In this document: positions 12,445 to 24,500 of the stretch, one piece after another
Position numbering within the stretch: the stretch's first letter is position 1
How the letters are laid out: each line of letters opens with the position of its first letter
DNA from: Chiloscyllium plagiosum
Taxonomy: Eukaryota
DNA length: 64,000 nucleotides
Direction: 5' to 3'
NCBI RefSeq assembly: GCF_004010195.1
Contig: NC_057752.1
Coordinates: 427,942-491,941 of the forward strand
Notes under the pieces: model-generated
What the model was told of the DNA's origin: nothing
The model's database searches: none
The model's input: only the letters and a program-made list of their open reading frames with translations
Translations under genes and position numbers: made by a program

Positions 12445-13414
12445 TCTTTTTGGTGCAGTTGTAGTGTTCCTACCTCTGAGCAAGGAAACTTGGGTTTAAA
12501 TCCCGCCTACTCCTGAGGTGTGTCACAAACTCTCTGATCTGGTTGGTTAGAAAATCTGTCCCAACCCATGGCCTGAGAGACCCGGGTTCAATTCCCACCT
12601 GCTCCAGAGTTGTGTAATAATATCTCTAAACAATTGATTAGAAAAATAGGTTCAATTTTTAAAAAAAGAGCCAAGCAGATTAAAATGTTTTTAAAAATTA
12701 TATAACCATGGGTGATTTGGGGGGGTAGAAAATAAAAGTCCTATTAAAACTTATATATATAAATCCACGGGAAAAATGAAACAGTGTATAGGCCCTCTTC
12801 TAGCAAAAAAAAGAAGAGCCAAGCAGCTCCTCGTCAGTATAGTGGTGAATATCTCCGCCTGTCAGACGGGACACTGGGGTTCAGTTCCCCAGTGGGGAGT
12901 GCCTGGTATCTCTGAGATGAGGTGGGGCAAGGTTTAAGGCCTCCTGTGGTGCAGAGGTAAAATCTCTTCCTCTGGATTAAAAGGCCTGAGTTTGTTCCAC
13001 CTAAAACATTTATACATGTCATAACATCTGTGAACAGGTTCATTTAAAATTTTAGAAAATTTAAAAAGAGAAAACTGACCCAGGGTTCTTGTGGTGCAGT
13101 GGTAGTACCCCTACCTCTGAGCCTGGATACCTGGGTTCAGGCCTCACCTGCTGTAAAGGTGTGTAATAACCCTGAGCTCTTGTGGAGCAGTGGTAGTGAA
13201 CCCGGCACTAGAGGCCCACATTCAAATTCCACCTGCTCCAAACATGTATCTTGACATCTCTGAACAGACTGGAAAATATCTTAAAAAAGTAGATCCAGGA
13301 GGGTTCTTGTGATGCAGCTGTAGTGTGACTACCTGTGGGCTAGGACACCTGGGTTCAAGCCATACCTGCTCCTAAAGTGTGTAATAACACCTCTGAGTGG
13401 GTTGATTAGAAAAC
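12445..13414 (+). repeat. Tandem cluster of about 6 short (about 110-130 bp) tRNA-derived SINE-like units
   Basis: Unit consensus roughly TCTTGTGGTGCAGTGGTAGT (A-box-like)..CCTACCTCTGAG..GGGTTCAA.TCCCACCTGCTCC (B-box-like)..GTGTGTAATAACATCTCTGAACAGGTTGATTAGAAAA. Units at about 12445, 12570, 12905, 13082, 13175 and 13299. Dispersed reverse copies near 26180-26262 and 59820-59905. Confidence 0.75.
12828..12899 (+). pseudogene. tRNA-Asp(GTC) pseudogene
   Basis: 72 nt TCCTCGTCAGTATAGTGGTGAATATCTCCGCCTGTCAGACGGGACACTGGGGTTCAGTTCCCCAGTGGGGAG, colinear with vertebrate tRNA-Asp-GTC as recalled. About 12 substitutions, including U8, the anticodon stem and the T-loop. No oligo-T terminator follows. 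Confidence 0.8.
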
Positions 13415-13429
13415 AAAAGCAGATCCAGC

Positions 13430-16400
13430 ATTTTGATTTAGCTCCTTCCGGCGCTATCAACTTCTCCGTCATGTTTGATTGTTTACACTGCCCATAACGG
13501 GCCTTGCCAGGGAGCTGACCTTTAACACCTCAGTGGGGCGATCCCAATCCTTTAAGCCTGGGGTCAGAGCATTGAAGATTAACTGTCTGTACATTTCATG
13601 GGCGTACATTCCAGCAGCCCCCATGCAGCAGGTGCCATGCACAAATCACCACCTAGTGTGGGTGGAGCTTCATCTGTTTGGCATCCAGCTCGGGTCCACA
13701 TACTGGCCCTTTAACAACCTGCTGCTGGAGGGTGAGCGGTTCCCAGAACTCGTTTTGTTAGTTGTGGGCTGGCTGGAGAACGAGGCAGGGGGGCTTCCCC
13801 TCCTTGAGGCTATGGTGGGATGTGGGAAAGACTTACATCTGCATCTTCAGCCAGGAGTACACAAGGCAGAAATCCAGGATCAAAAAGTTGGAGAAGGAGA
13901 AGCTCAACCTGAAGTAATGTCTTGGTCAACCCGATGTGGACTCAGCCCTGCAGAGTGTGTACGAAGAGAAGAAGGCCGCGCTCCAAGACCTGTAGCTCAT
14001 TGTGTCCTAGGCCGTATACATGAAGGTGCTCCTTGAGGACGTGGACTGTGGCTCCCCCTTCAACTCACTGGAAAAAAGACTCCTTGTGCTGCTGGCCAAC
14101 AACAGGTCCCTCGCCTCGGATGCGGAGGACATCAGGGCCCAGATCAAAGCCTGTTACTCAGCTCTGTTCTCTCTGTATGTGTCCAGCAAGGATGCTTGCA
14201 GTTTTGTGGAAGGACCTGTTGCAAGTCGGCCTAGGGAATGCCAGGATGCTCGATGCTCCTATCACTTTGGAGGAGCTGACTGGTGCCCTCACCTAGCTCT
14301 CAAGGGGCAAGTCCCCAGGGCTGGACAGGCTAACTGAGAGTTCTTCAGGGCATTCTGGGATGTCTTGGGAAGCGACTATGCATGGGTCCTGGAGGAATGT
14401 TTTGCTGCTGGAGAGCTGTGCCTGTCATGGTGCAGGGAAGTCGTCATCCTGCTGCCAAAAGAAGAGAGACCTTCACTTATTTAAAAAACAGTGTCCAGTC
14501 TCCCTTCAGATTTTTGTCATGGTATTGTCATCTCGCCTGGAATCAGTGATGGTCCACATAATCCACCCTGACCAGTCTTACACAGTCTCCAGTTGGAGGA
14601 TCCATGACAACGTGCATCTGGTTCGGGACCTGATCCATTTTTCCCAGAGTACAGGTCTGTCAAGCACCTGCCTGTTTCTCAGTCAGGAAAAGACATTCAA
14701 CAGGGTGGATGATGAGTATCTTGTCTGGTCAGCTGCATTCCCTGTACGTGGAGTCTTTCCTGTGCCTCTTGCAGAGGAGGTTGTCAGAATTGGCTCTATA
14801 CAAGCTGGGCACTGTTTTTTAATCCTATGCAGATGACATTCTCCTCACATTCACTGAGCTGGCCACCTGGGGAGGATGCATGAGTGCCAGGCGGTGTACC
14901 AACATCAACCTGGCCAAATGTTCCAGCCTCCTAGTTGATCCGTGGTGGGTGGATTCCTTTCCACAGGAGTTATGGAGGTTCAGCTGGAGCGCCACTCATC
15001 CCCTCTAGCTGGGGGTCTATCTTACCTCAGCTGAGGAATCCTGGCCGGTGAATTAGAAGGCACTGGAGGCTCAAGTCTCAGTTCGCCTAGGCCGCTGGAC
15101 AGGACTGCTCTGAGTGCTATCTTACAGGAGCCGGTTTCTGTCACAAACTAACTGGTGGCCTCCATGCTGTGGTACTGGTTGGTCCCTTTGACCCCTCCTG
15201 ATTTTATCACAGAAATCCAGGAGATGCCATTCCACTTCTTCTTGGACATGAAGGTGTGATGTGGAGGTGCTGGTGTTGGACTGGGGTGGACAAAGTTAAA
15301 AGTCCCACAATACCAGGTTAAAGTCCAACAAGTACATTTGCAGACACATTCTATTTGTTCAAAAACCACACAATCTGTCGGCAGTCAATATTTTTTATTA
15401 TCCATGTGACATTTTCTAAATTCCTACTTTGCAAATAGAACCAGTCTGACCCAAGATTGGAATACATACAGACTCTAACCTCACACCTTTAATGCATTGT
15501 CTGAGCTGAGATGTCACTTCTTTTTATAAAACCTTAAGTTATTTTGAGAATGTGACTTGGAGGAAGCTCTGGGATCTACATATTAATGAATCAAAACCTG
15601 CAACCCATTCTAAAAGATAATATACTTAACAGCAATCTAGGTTTGTTCAACATGTCGCATCAGTTATAAAGTCATAGAGCCGCATGACACTGTGATCTTT
15701 TGTGAAAAATTCTGTGTCCTATGATCCTATTCCACTAGCCACCTATCGAAGGTTCAGTTCTCCAAACGCTTGTACTTCCAAATAAACCTGTTGGATTAGA
15801 AACCTGGTGTTGTGTGATTTTTAACTTGGAACAAGAAGAGACACTGAGTCTCCCCATTGAGGAGAACATTCAGTCGCTGGTATGCCTTTGCACTCTGGTG
15901 GCGTCTTTCCACCTTTGCACCCTGCATCAATATGTCCCAGATGGTGCACCCTGGCGATGTATTTTTTCTGCTTTGTGCATGACCTCAATTATGACATGCA
16001 GCTCTTGATTATTGACCACGAGAGTCTGCAAGTCTCCCTCAGGATGCTGCCTGTCGTTTACCAGCATCTGATCAATATCTGGAAAATAGTCAACTTGCAC
16101 CAGGTCTTCCTGCCATCAGGAGCAGCAGCAGCTGTTAGCAGAGAGCCATTGCTCAAGAATCTGCATCTTCAATATCGCAAGTTCAAGTGGCTAGTGGAGA
16201 GGGTGGCCACGGGGCTATCCAGAGTTAGGAATGTGCTGGGTGGCGGAGGCCCGGCCTGGATGTAACTATAGGCCGGTGAGTCTCACTTCTGTTGTGGGCA
16301 AAGTCTTAGAGAGAATAGTAAGGGATAGGATTTATGCACATCTGGATCGCTGTATTCTTCTATGTTCTATGTTCTATGTTCTATGTTGCCACAGGAAATG

Positions 16401-16970
16401 GCAGACAGGGTGGCAGCGGACATCCAGTTTGTGGCCTGAAAACAGGTGTGCGGTGGAATCCCGTAACTGCTGACCCCTGCTTGGATGGAATTTCACATTG
16501 GCCCCAAGGTCCTGAACTTCCCTCAGGAGCCCGTGCCCCACAACCTGAACTGCCTCATGGGAATGTCCTACATGTGGTGCTGTGGAGTCCATGTATTTTA
16601 TTGGTTGTGGAAAATTGCACCCCCTTTTTAGTGTTTGAGAAATCTTTTGCTGTGCTTTTGATTGCACTTCAGACTCATATTCCTGATCTTTGGACATCCG
16701 GTATGGAGGTGTGTGGACAGATTGAAGGGCCTCCTGATGGGTCTGCTCCTGGCCTGACCAGGCTGGCAGTAAACCGGTCCAGGCAGCAGGCTGTGGGAGG
16801 GGGTCATATCTGCTGGCTGTCTGACCCTCCTCTGTGGCTGTGTTTGTGCCCAGGTGTCATTGGAGAGGGAGCACACAGTGTCCACCAATACTTTTGATGC
16901 TTTTAGACAGAGGTGGGCACGTCCGCGGATATAGTGCTTTATCAGTCCTACAATTCAATTTTTATATAGC
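13430..16970 (+). mobile_element. L1-clade (Tx1-like) LINE ORF2 relic with internal deletions and nested insertions
   Basis: SLEKR..YSALFS, LDAPITLEELTGAL..KSPGLD, IIHPDQSYTV..IHDNVHLVRDLI, LSQEKTFNRVD and SYADD at about 14823-14837. Many stops and frameshifts. Confidence 0.8.
15256..15826. mobile_element. Second-family Penelope-like terminal fragment with inverted ends, inserted in the Tx1-like LINE
   Basis: 15256-15335 is the reverse complement of the repeat seen at 30620-30700. 15740-15826 is a forward copy with a degenerate hammerhead (CCTATCGAAGG..CTCCAAACGCTT). Confidence 0.65.
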
Positions 16971-17549
16971 CCCTTCCCACTCTCCCTACCTCTCCCTCAC
17001 TTTATGATGGTTTGCATTATTCTTAAAGGGTTTTTCATGTAAAGTATTCAATTGGAGACATGGCTGATTTACTGGCAGTGGTAAATAGAAGGACAAAAAA
17101 CCTGCAGAACTGACTGTCCTGGGCTGGGACTAGCCAGTGTGTGCCACGAGTAGTGGCTCTTCTTTTGGTGTTCAACAATAAACAATGTTCCTTTCCAGTT
17201 GGGCTTCCTGAGTTATTACAATGGCCTTGCAACTCTATATGTCTGCAATCTCCCCCAACTGCACAGCTCTTTAATGCCTGTGCACCTTTAACTCTGGCCT
17301 CCTGAGCATCTGATCTTAAATGCTCCACCATTAGCCTTCAATTGCCTGGACCCCAAGTTCTGTAATTCCCTCCTTAAACTTCTCACTCTCTAATTTGCTT
17401 TTTTTCTCTAAAACACTCCTTAAAACATCCCTGTTTGACCAAACCTTTGGTCATCTACTCTAAGATCTCCTTTATATGGAATGGTGTCAAATGTTGCTTT
17501 ATATTTCTCCTGTAAAGTGCCTTGTGATGTTTTGTTGTCAACATAGGTT

Positions 17550-17890
17550 CTTGTAATGTAGGTAACATGGCAGCCAATTTGCAAAAATGCACTCTCTCTG
17601 AAAAAAGCAATGAGATATTGACCAGTTGATTTATTTTTGTGATGTTCAGGGGTAAATATTAGCCAAGTAAAATTTCTCTGTTGTTCTTTGAATAATATTA
17701 TGGGAAGCTTTACATCCACCTAAGCTAGACAGGTACTCAGTTCACATCTCATTTGAAAGATGGCGGCTCAGTGTGCAATATTCCCTCAGTTCTGTGCTGC
17801 AGGATCAGCCTAAATTTCTGCTCAAATTTCTGGTGTGGAACTTATGCCTCTGAGTCAGAAGGTCTACCTGTTGAGCCCCACCCCACATAT
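17550..17890 (-). mobile_element. Deu-domain tRNA-SINE (SacSINE1/AmnSINE1-like). Further copies at about 27040-27233 plus 29248-29400, 37510-37945, 40555-40800, 41635-41830, 43530-43930, 51690-52070, 55240-55470; plus strand at about 9850-9960, 24400-24500, 57505-57630
   Basis: Copies share the recalled Deu-core motifs (..CCCTCTCAGGTGGA..AAAGATCCCATGG..GTCCTGGCCAATATTTATCCCTCAACC..GCTGTGCGCAAATTGGCTGCC..), a GGGTTCAAG B-box head and a TATAAATGCAAGTCTTT-type tail. Confidence 0.75.
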
Positions 17891-19004
17891 AATGTTATAA
17901 TTAGAAAATGCCCACAAGAAATGAAAAAAGACCATGTTTGGGATACATATGTCATTTAGGAGAGCATGGCACTTACCACAAGCAGTGAGTGAGAGATGGC
18001 AGAGTGAGGATAATGTCTTTGAATGTAAGAGGAGCTTGTGAAATCTTCTGAATGAGGGTCTCTGAGGGATTTTGTAATGTCACTTGATCTTGGCAGTTGT
18101 GTCAGGTAATTACTATCTTACAGTCTGGGGAGAACGTCAGGAGCAATCCCATAATTAATAACTAATGCAATTACACAGTGTTTGCAGAGTCTCAAATAGT
18201 TTCTTTTGTGTGATGCCCAAAGCAGATTGGTGGTTTTTGTTCTATTTTAAACATAATCAGCTCTGTGATTAGAGACCCCAAATGCACCAAGACTGCTGAT
18301 ACTGATTTGTAACAAAGTTGACTTCAATCCAAGAAGAAGAATTTTATTCCATCTGAATTAATGCGAGCTTCAGCACCCAGTGCAGTGAGACGTCACTCAA
18401 ATCAAATGAAAATCTTCAGAGCCCATGTAGTTTCCTGTTAAGTCACCACTAAACACAAGGAACAACAACTTGTCTTGATGTAGCAGCTTAAATGTGGTAA
18501 AATGTCCCAAGATATTTTATACGGGTATAGATTAGACAAAAATTTACCGTACTCTACCTTGTTTTTGCCTTTTTAAGATGCTTTTTAAAACCTTCCTCTT
18601 ATACCAAGTTTTTAGTCACCTGTCCTAATATAGAGTCATAGAGATGTACAGCATGGAAACAGACCCTTCAGTCCAACCCGTCCATGCCGACCAGATATCC
18701 CAACCCAATCTAGTCCCACCTGCCAGCACCTGGCCCATAGCCCTCCAAACCCTTCCTATCAATATCTTTTTACTCAGTTTGCTAATCGCATCTGTGAAGG
18801 TCCCAGCTTTAAGTCTTCCTGTTGAATGGTTTTACACCTCTATCCTTTTTAGGCTGTCTCCTTAAACAAAATCACCATCTTCATCTTTAAATTCAGCAGG
18901 TGGGAGCTTTAATCTGTGGTGCGCATGAGAGCTCAGCGCTTCCTGGTTGTGCACATGTCATCGTAAGCTATGTACTGAGAAAGATGGGGAAGATGTATTG
19001 GGAA

Positions 19005-20345
19005 CCTCTGTAGTGGGGAAGATGCTTGAATCTGTTATCAAGGAAGAAATAGCAAGACATCCAAAAGAAATTGTCCCATTGTACAGACGCAGCATGGGCT
19101 CATGAATGACAGGTCATGCTTCACAAACCTTTTGGAATTATATGAAGACATTTCAAGCAAGGTGGACAATGGGGACCCAGTGGATGTAGTGCACCTAGAT
19201 TTCCAAAAGGCCTTTGACAAGGTGCCGCAAATGAGGCTGCTGCATAAGGTAACGATGCGTGGTGCTAGGGATAGACTATTAGTGTGGATAGAGGATTGGT
19301 TGACTGACAGGAAGCAAAGAGTGTGGATTAATTGTGCTATTCTGGCTGGCAAGCAGTGACTACTAGTGTGCCTCAGGGATCGGTGTTGGGACCACAAGTA
19401 TTTACAATTTATATAGATGATTTGGGAACCACATGTACGGTGTCAAAATTTGCCAATGACACGAAGATGAATGGCAGAGCAAAGTGTGCAGAGGACTGTG
19501 TAACTTTGCAGGGAAACAGATACACTGAATGAGTGGGCAAAGGTCTGGCAGATGGAATACAATGTTAGTAAATGTGAAGTTGTGCATTTTGGTAGGAATA
19601 ACAGCAAAATAGATTATTACTTGGATGGTAAAAGGTTGCAGCATGCCGCTGTGCAGAGGGACCTGGGTGTCCTTATGCATGAATCACAGAAGGTTGGTCT
19701 GCAGGTGCAATAAGTAATTAGGAAGGCAAATGGAATTTTGTCCTTCATTGCTAAAGGGATTGAGTTTAAAAGCAGAGAGGTTATGTTGCAGCTGTACAAG
19801 GTGCTGGTAAGGCCACTTCTGGAGTACTCTGTGCAGTTTTGGTCTCCCTACTTGAGAAGGGATGTACTGGCACTGGAGGGGGTTCAGAGGAGTTTCACTA
19901 GGTAGATTCCAGAGTTGAGGGGGTTGTCTTTTGAGGAGAGGCTGAGTAGATTGGGATTATATTCATTGGAATTCAGAAGAGTGGGGGGAGATCTTATTGA
20001 AACATATAAAATCGAAATAGATAGGATGTTTTCACTGGTAGGTGAAACTAGGACAAGAGAGCACAGCCTCAAGATTAGAGGAAGCAGGTTTAGAACTGAA
20101 CTGAGAAGAGACTTCTTCACCCAGAGGGTTGTTAATATATGGAATTCCTTGCTCAGGGAAGTATTTGACGCTACTTCAGTAAATGCTTTTAAAGCTATGG
20201 TAGATACTTTTTTGAAAAATAAAGGAATTAAGGGGTATGGTGAAAACATGGGTAAGTGGAGCTGAGTCCACGAAAAGATTAGCCATGATCTTATTGAATG
20301 GAGGAGTAGGCTTGAAGGGCCGGACAGCCTGCTCCTAGTTCTTAT
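19005..20345 (+). mobile_element. CR1 LINE RT and 3' end
   Basis: RSCFTNLLELYEDI, VDVVHLDFQKAFDKVPQ, SVPQGSVLGPQ.F, KFANDTK and RRDFFTQRVVNIWNSL. Confidence 0.9.
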
Positions 20346-21346
20346 GTATCATGTGTACCATGAGTCACCATGAAGTGGTGTCATCAGGAGCAATCAGACC
20401 CATGACTTAATTTGGTTCCATGTACACAGTAATCAAGGCAACTTCATTTTAGCCTGGCTCAATTTATTCTTCACTTAAGCTGATTTTGATTGTTTTTTTA
20501 CTTTTACTGCACATAAGTGAAGTAAAATTGCTTTCCTCGTCTCCAGGCTTTTTGAGTGAAAAATACTGTACGGGAGTCTGACTCCCTTGTCTGTTGTAGG
20601 TGAGACAGAGGATCCATTTTATAGCCAGTGAGATAACAGGTGAATTGGTGGAAAGTGTGCAAAAATCCTCTGAGTAACTCTGCTAACTGATGTCCCATGC
20701 AACATTTGTATACTTATGGCAGTCTGGAGAGTGCGCATTGGACTTACCAGTCTTCTCAGAACCCATCAAGCCACAGTGGAATCAAGTCAATCCCGAGTCA
20801 GAGGGGCTACTTAAGACATACTGGTGAGGATTGTCTAATTTAAAATTTTACAGTATTTTGGTTTTATTCAGGGATCTATTTTGAGTTACACTTCATTTTA
20901 GCTAGGTATGCACAATGTTGTACCGGTATGGGACACTATTTCAACTCGTACGTTGGTTTTTCCAGGCAAGAAATGTCCGAAGAAACCTAATTCTGGCTCT
21001 GGATTCTTACGGGAAACCAGGATTCACTTAAAGTTGTTTCAATTGAAGTGAGGACTTGCTGGCTGAATAGTTTCCCTTGGCTGGAGAGTCTAGAGCTGTG
21101 GATCATAATCTCAGGATCAGAAATTTAAGACCCAAGATGAGAAGTTTCTTCACTTTGTCTTTGGAATTCTGTATTTCAGAGAGCTCTGGATGCTCAGTCA
21201 TGAGTTTATTGGGAAAAAAAGAAATTGATGCGTTTTGGGGTATTAATAAATATAGTGTTAGTGCAAGAAGGTGAAGTTGAGAGATGAGATCAGCCATGAT
21301 CTCGTTGAATTGTAGAGGTGACTGAAAGGGCTAGTCTTCCTCTTGG

Positions 21347-21594
21347 GAGAAAGTGAGGGCTGCAGATGCTGGAGATCAAGGCTGAAAATGTGTTGCTGGA
21401 AAAGCGCAGCAGGTCAGGCAGCATCTAGGGAACAGGAGAATCGACGTTTCGGGCATAAGCCCTTCTTCAGGGCTTATGCCCGAAACAGAAGGGCTTATGC
21501 CCGAAACAGAAGGGCTTATGCCCGAAACGTCGATTCTCCTGTTCCCTGGATGCTGCCTGACCTGCTGCGCTTTTCCAGCAACACATTTTCAGCT
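21347..21594. mobile_element. Fold-back Penelope terminal-repeat element with triplicated hammerhead stem-II unit
   Basis: Two arms of about 90 bp that are near-perfect reverse complements. Centre (AG)AAGGGCTTATGCCCGAAAC x3. 16-bp direct repeat CTAGTCTTCCTCTTGG at 21331-21346 and 21595-21610. Confidence 0.85.
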
Positions 21595-24500
21595 CTAGTC
21601 TTCCTCTTGGCTTTCCAAGTTGAATGAAATTATGGTTAGAACTGTTGGTGCCATGGAGCCATGTCTCAATTTAATAAGCACCTCATTCAAAAATAATATG
21701 AAAAATTCATTTAAACCTCAACGCTTGTTAGTCTTTCAATGTTCAGAAATTAATCCACTCTCGGAATTTTTAATGGTGTTTCTTACATAGGTGTCATCCA
21801 CTTTTTATTGGCTATCTTTCTGAACTTCCACAGGATCTGTAAATCTTTCATTGTTAAGCATTACATTTGAATTGTCTTGTTCAAGGAAACTTCAAAAGGA
21901 ATCAAGCTCCCCACTCAGTCCCAGATTTACTTTTAATCCTTTAACTGTTATTTTTTAAAATGTGAATGGATTAATTAAGGAAAGGAATTGCAAAGCCAGC
22001 ATTGCAATGTACTCCTCCCCTCCACCTCTCAACTATCCCATTTTAATAAGGGTCACTCAGCATCAAACAACATAATTAGGGAATGTGCCAGGGTGGACAA
22101 GGTTCCTGTTAGCAAAATCAGAAACAGAAACCTGTGCCTTGGCATTAAAGCAGATTCCACATATTGCACTGTTGGATTGGATTCCTGCCCCTTGCTGTGC
22201 ACTCCCAGCAAGAATTTCAATGTGTTTTTGCATTGCTTTTATTTTGAATAAAAATGAACAGTAATATAAATGGAATTGGTGTAAATCATGTTCTCAAAGC
22301 CTGTGTTTTCTCCTCAATGATGCAGACAATATTATATTAGAGAAAGAAGAATTTCAGGACTGAGGACCTGGTGCTGTAAAGATAGGAACACATAAATAAG
22401 ATAGAAGAGAAATACTGGGCTTAAAGAATCACTGACATTGAAATGCATAAGCTTTTAAAACACAAGCTTTTCATCACAGTGGGGGGGTAGTGAGAGAGCA
22501 GGAGATTGCTGCAACATAACAGGCAAAGATGTCACTATATAAAAGCATGAATCAAAGGTCGCTTACAACAAAGCTATGGGTCAAGGAAAGCCATGATTGG
22601 AAGTAATACTGTGGTGTGAAAAGGCATGGGGTCTCTTATTTCTACTTGGCAATTAGTTTGAACAACTGGAAGATCATAAAACATCAGATATTGTTGCATC
22701 CAGCATGAACCAGGTCATAACAAAAATGGTAGAAAGAGATGTCTACTTGAAAAGAATGAGACCTATTGCTACCTTTTGGACCCGGTGACATAGTGAGGCT
22801 TGGAGAAGCCATCTATATGCTTCCTCATAAAAAGTTATGCACAGATTTATCATATGTGAGACTAGTGTGTGCTTTTCTTATGGGTATTTAAGGTTAATGT
22901 TTTGAGATGAATCAATGCAGTGAATTATCAAATATTACTGTTTCCAGCTTTATGAATCCATTTAAAGGGTAAAAGGACTTACCCAACATTCTCCATATCC
23001 ATAATACTTTTAAAATCTTACATCTACATACACTTGCTGTTTGTAAAATTTCACTTCCTGCTGTTATATGTTTGTCAGACCTTTCTCAGTTTTTCTCTTT
23101 TATAAATGCCCATCATCACCTTTATAAAGAATTTACATATATAAACATGTCACATGGTAAGTATACCCCCCCCAGCAGTGGTGACACTGAAGTACCCAAT
23201 TTTGTGTCTCCCCAATTCACTGTACAATACAGTAGAGAATTTCCAATGTTCTGTCAGCTCCGTTTTCCAAATTATCTTGTTGAACTATAAACACCAAAAT
23301 CAATTGAAATTTTAAAAAAAGACAACATTTGACTTTAAAATAGATTTGATATAAAAATAATTCGACACATCCTGTTCCAATTATCTTCTACCCTAAAACT
23401 CTATTTTCCTGGTACTTTGTTTTAATTCCTACAAACAAAGCCATAAGAGAGGGGTGGGGTGCACCCGACCTGCAATTGTCATACTTACTGCCTGTAGGAC
23501 TTATTACACCTTATAACATCACTGTTGTCATATCATTATAACTCATTGTAAGCAGCAACCGAGGAGATCTGCCTGAAGTATGTTTAAAAGCAGTACATCT
23601 TGCATACAAAACACCTGAACACAGGAGCCAGCCATCATGTTCTCTCTGAGTGATTGGATTTCAAAAAGAAATACACAGGGATTTCATTCTTAGTTCTGAC
23701 TGGCAGCCTTGAGCTCAATTTGATTCTGACTTCACCACAGACATTTTCTGCAATTACACCAAATACACTGTAAATGACCAGAGGCTGTTTACATAAAAAC
23801 AAATAGACTTTGTGGCTTTAAAGAAATTATTCTCCGTCTTAGCAGCAGATATGTTGTCCATGATATGGCAAATATCCTTAAAGTAACATATTGTACATAT
23901 ACACATAAATATATATGTGTGTGCATATATACAAGTGCCATGTTCGAGATATGACCCTTTTTGCAGATGTAATCTGATTTTTTTTAAAGAGAAAGGAACT
24001 GAAGCCTGAAATTGACAACTGTGCTCTGATTGACTTCAGCAGTAGCAACTATCAGGATTTTCAACTCAGACTTGTGGTGTTAAAGGGCTAGCAGCGAATG
24101 AATATTAGTGTACAATACTAAAAGAATCCACTGTTACTTTTTAAAATCACATACCAGGTGCCACAATTTGTTACAAATGCAAATTAATCGGAATGGAAAT
24201 GATACCACCTGCCAGCTTGGTCGATTGATTTAGGTGAAATAAGTTTGCAGTGATCTATATCCAGAAATTTTCAAACACCTGACAATCTGTAACTTGACTT
24301 ATTCCATGAATTAACTTGTAATAAGTCTGACCTTGAATGAAGTTACATTCCCCTTCACTACTTCAGTAACACTTGACTTGTCTCCAACATTCATGTTTCA
24401 ACATTACAGCTGTGACAATTGAAAAGTACTTCTTTGACTGTAAAGTTGTTTGAGGCCCTAGAATCGTGACAGGCACTATATGAATGCTAGTCTTTTTTTC

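Noticed and set aside
12828..12899. Functional tRNA-Asp gene
   Set aside because: U8, anticodon-stem and T-loop substitutions and no T-run terminator. Called as a pseudogene.
21469..21528. Short repeated 21-mer resembling a CRISPR repeat; ORF with RAYARNR repeats
   Set aside because: No spacers, no cas genes and a eukaryotic context. It is a tandem copy of the PLE hammerhead stem II, and the ORF is incidental.
23885..23935. Imperfect hairpin of TA/CA/TG dinucleotides
   Set aside because: Low-complexity sequence; self-complementarity is expected.
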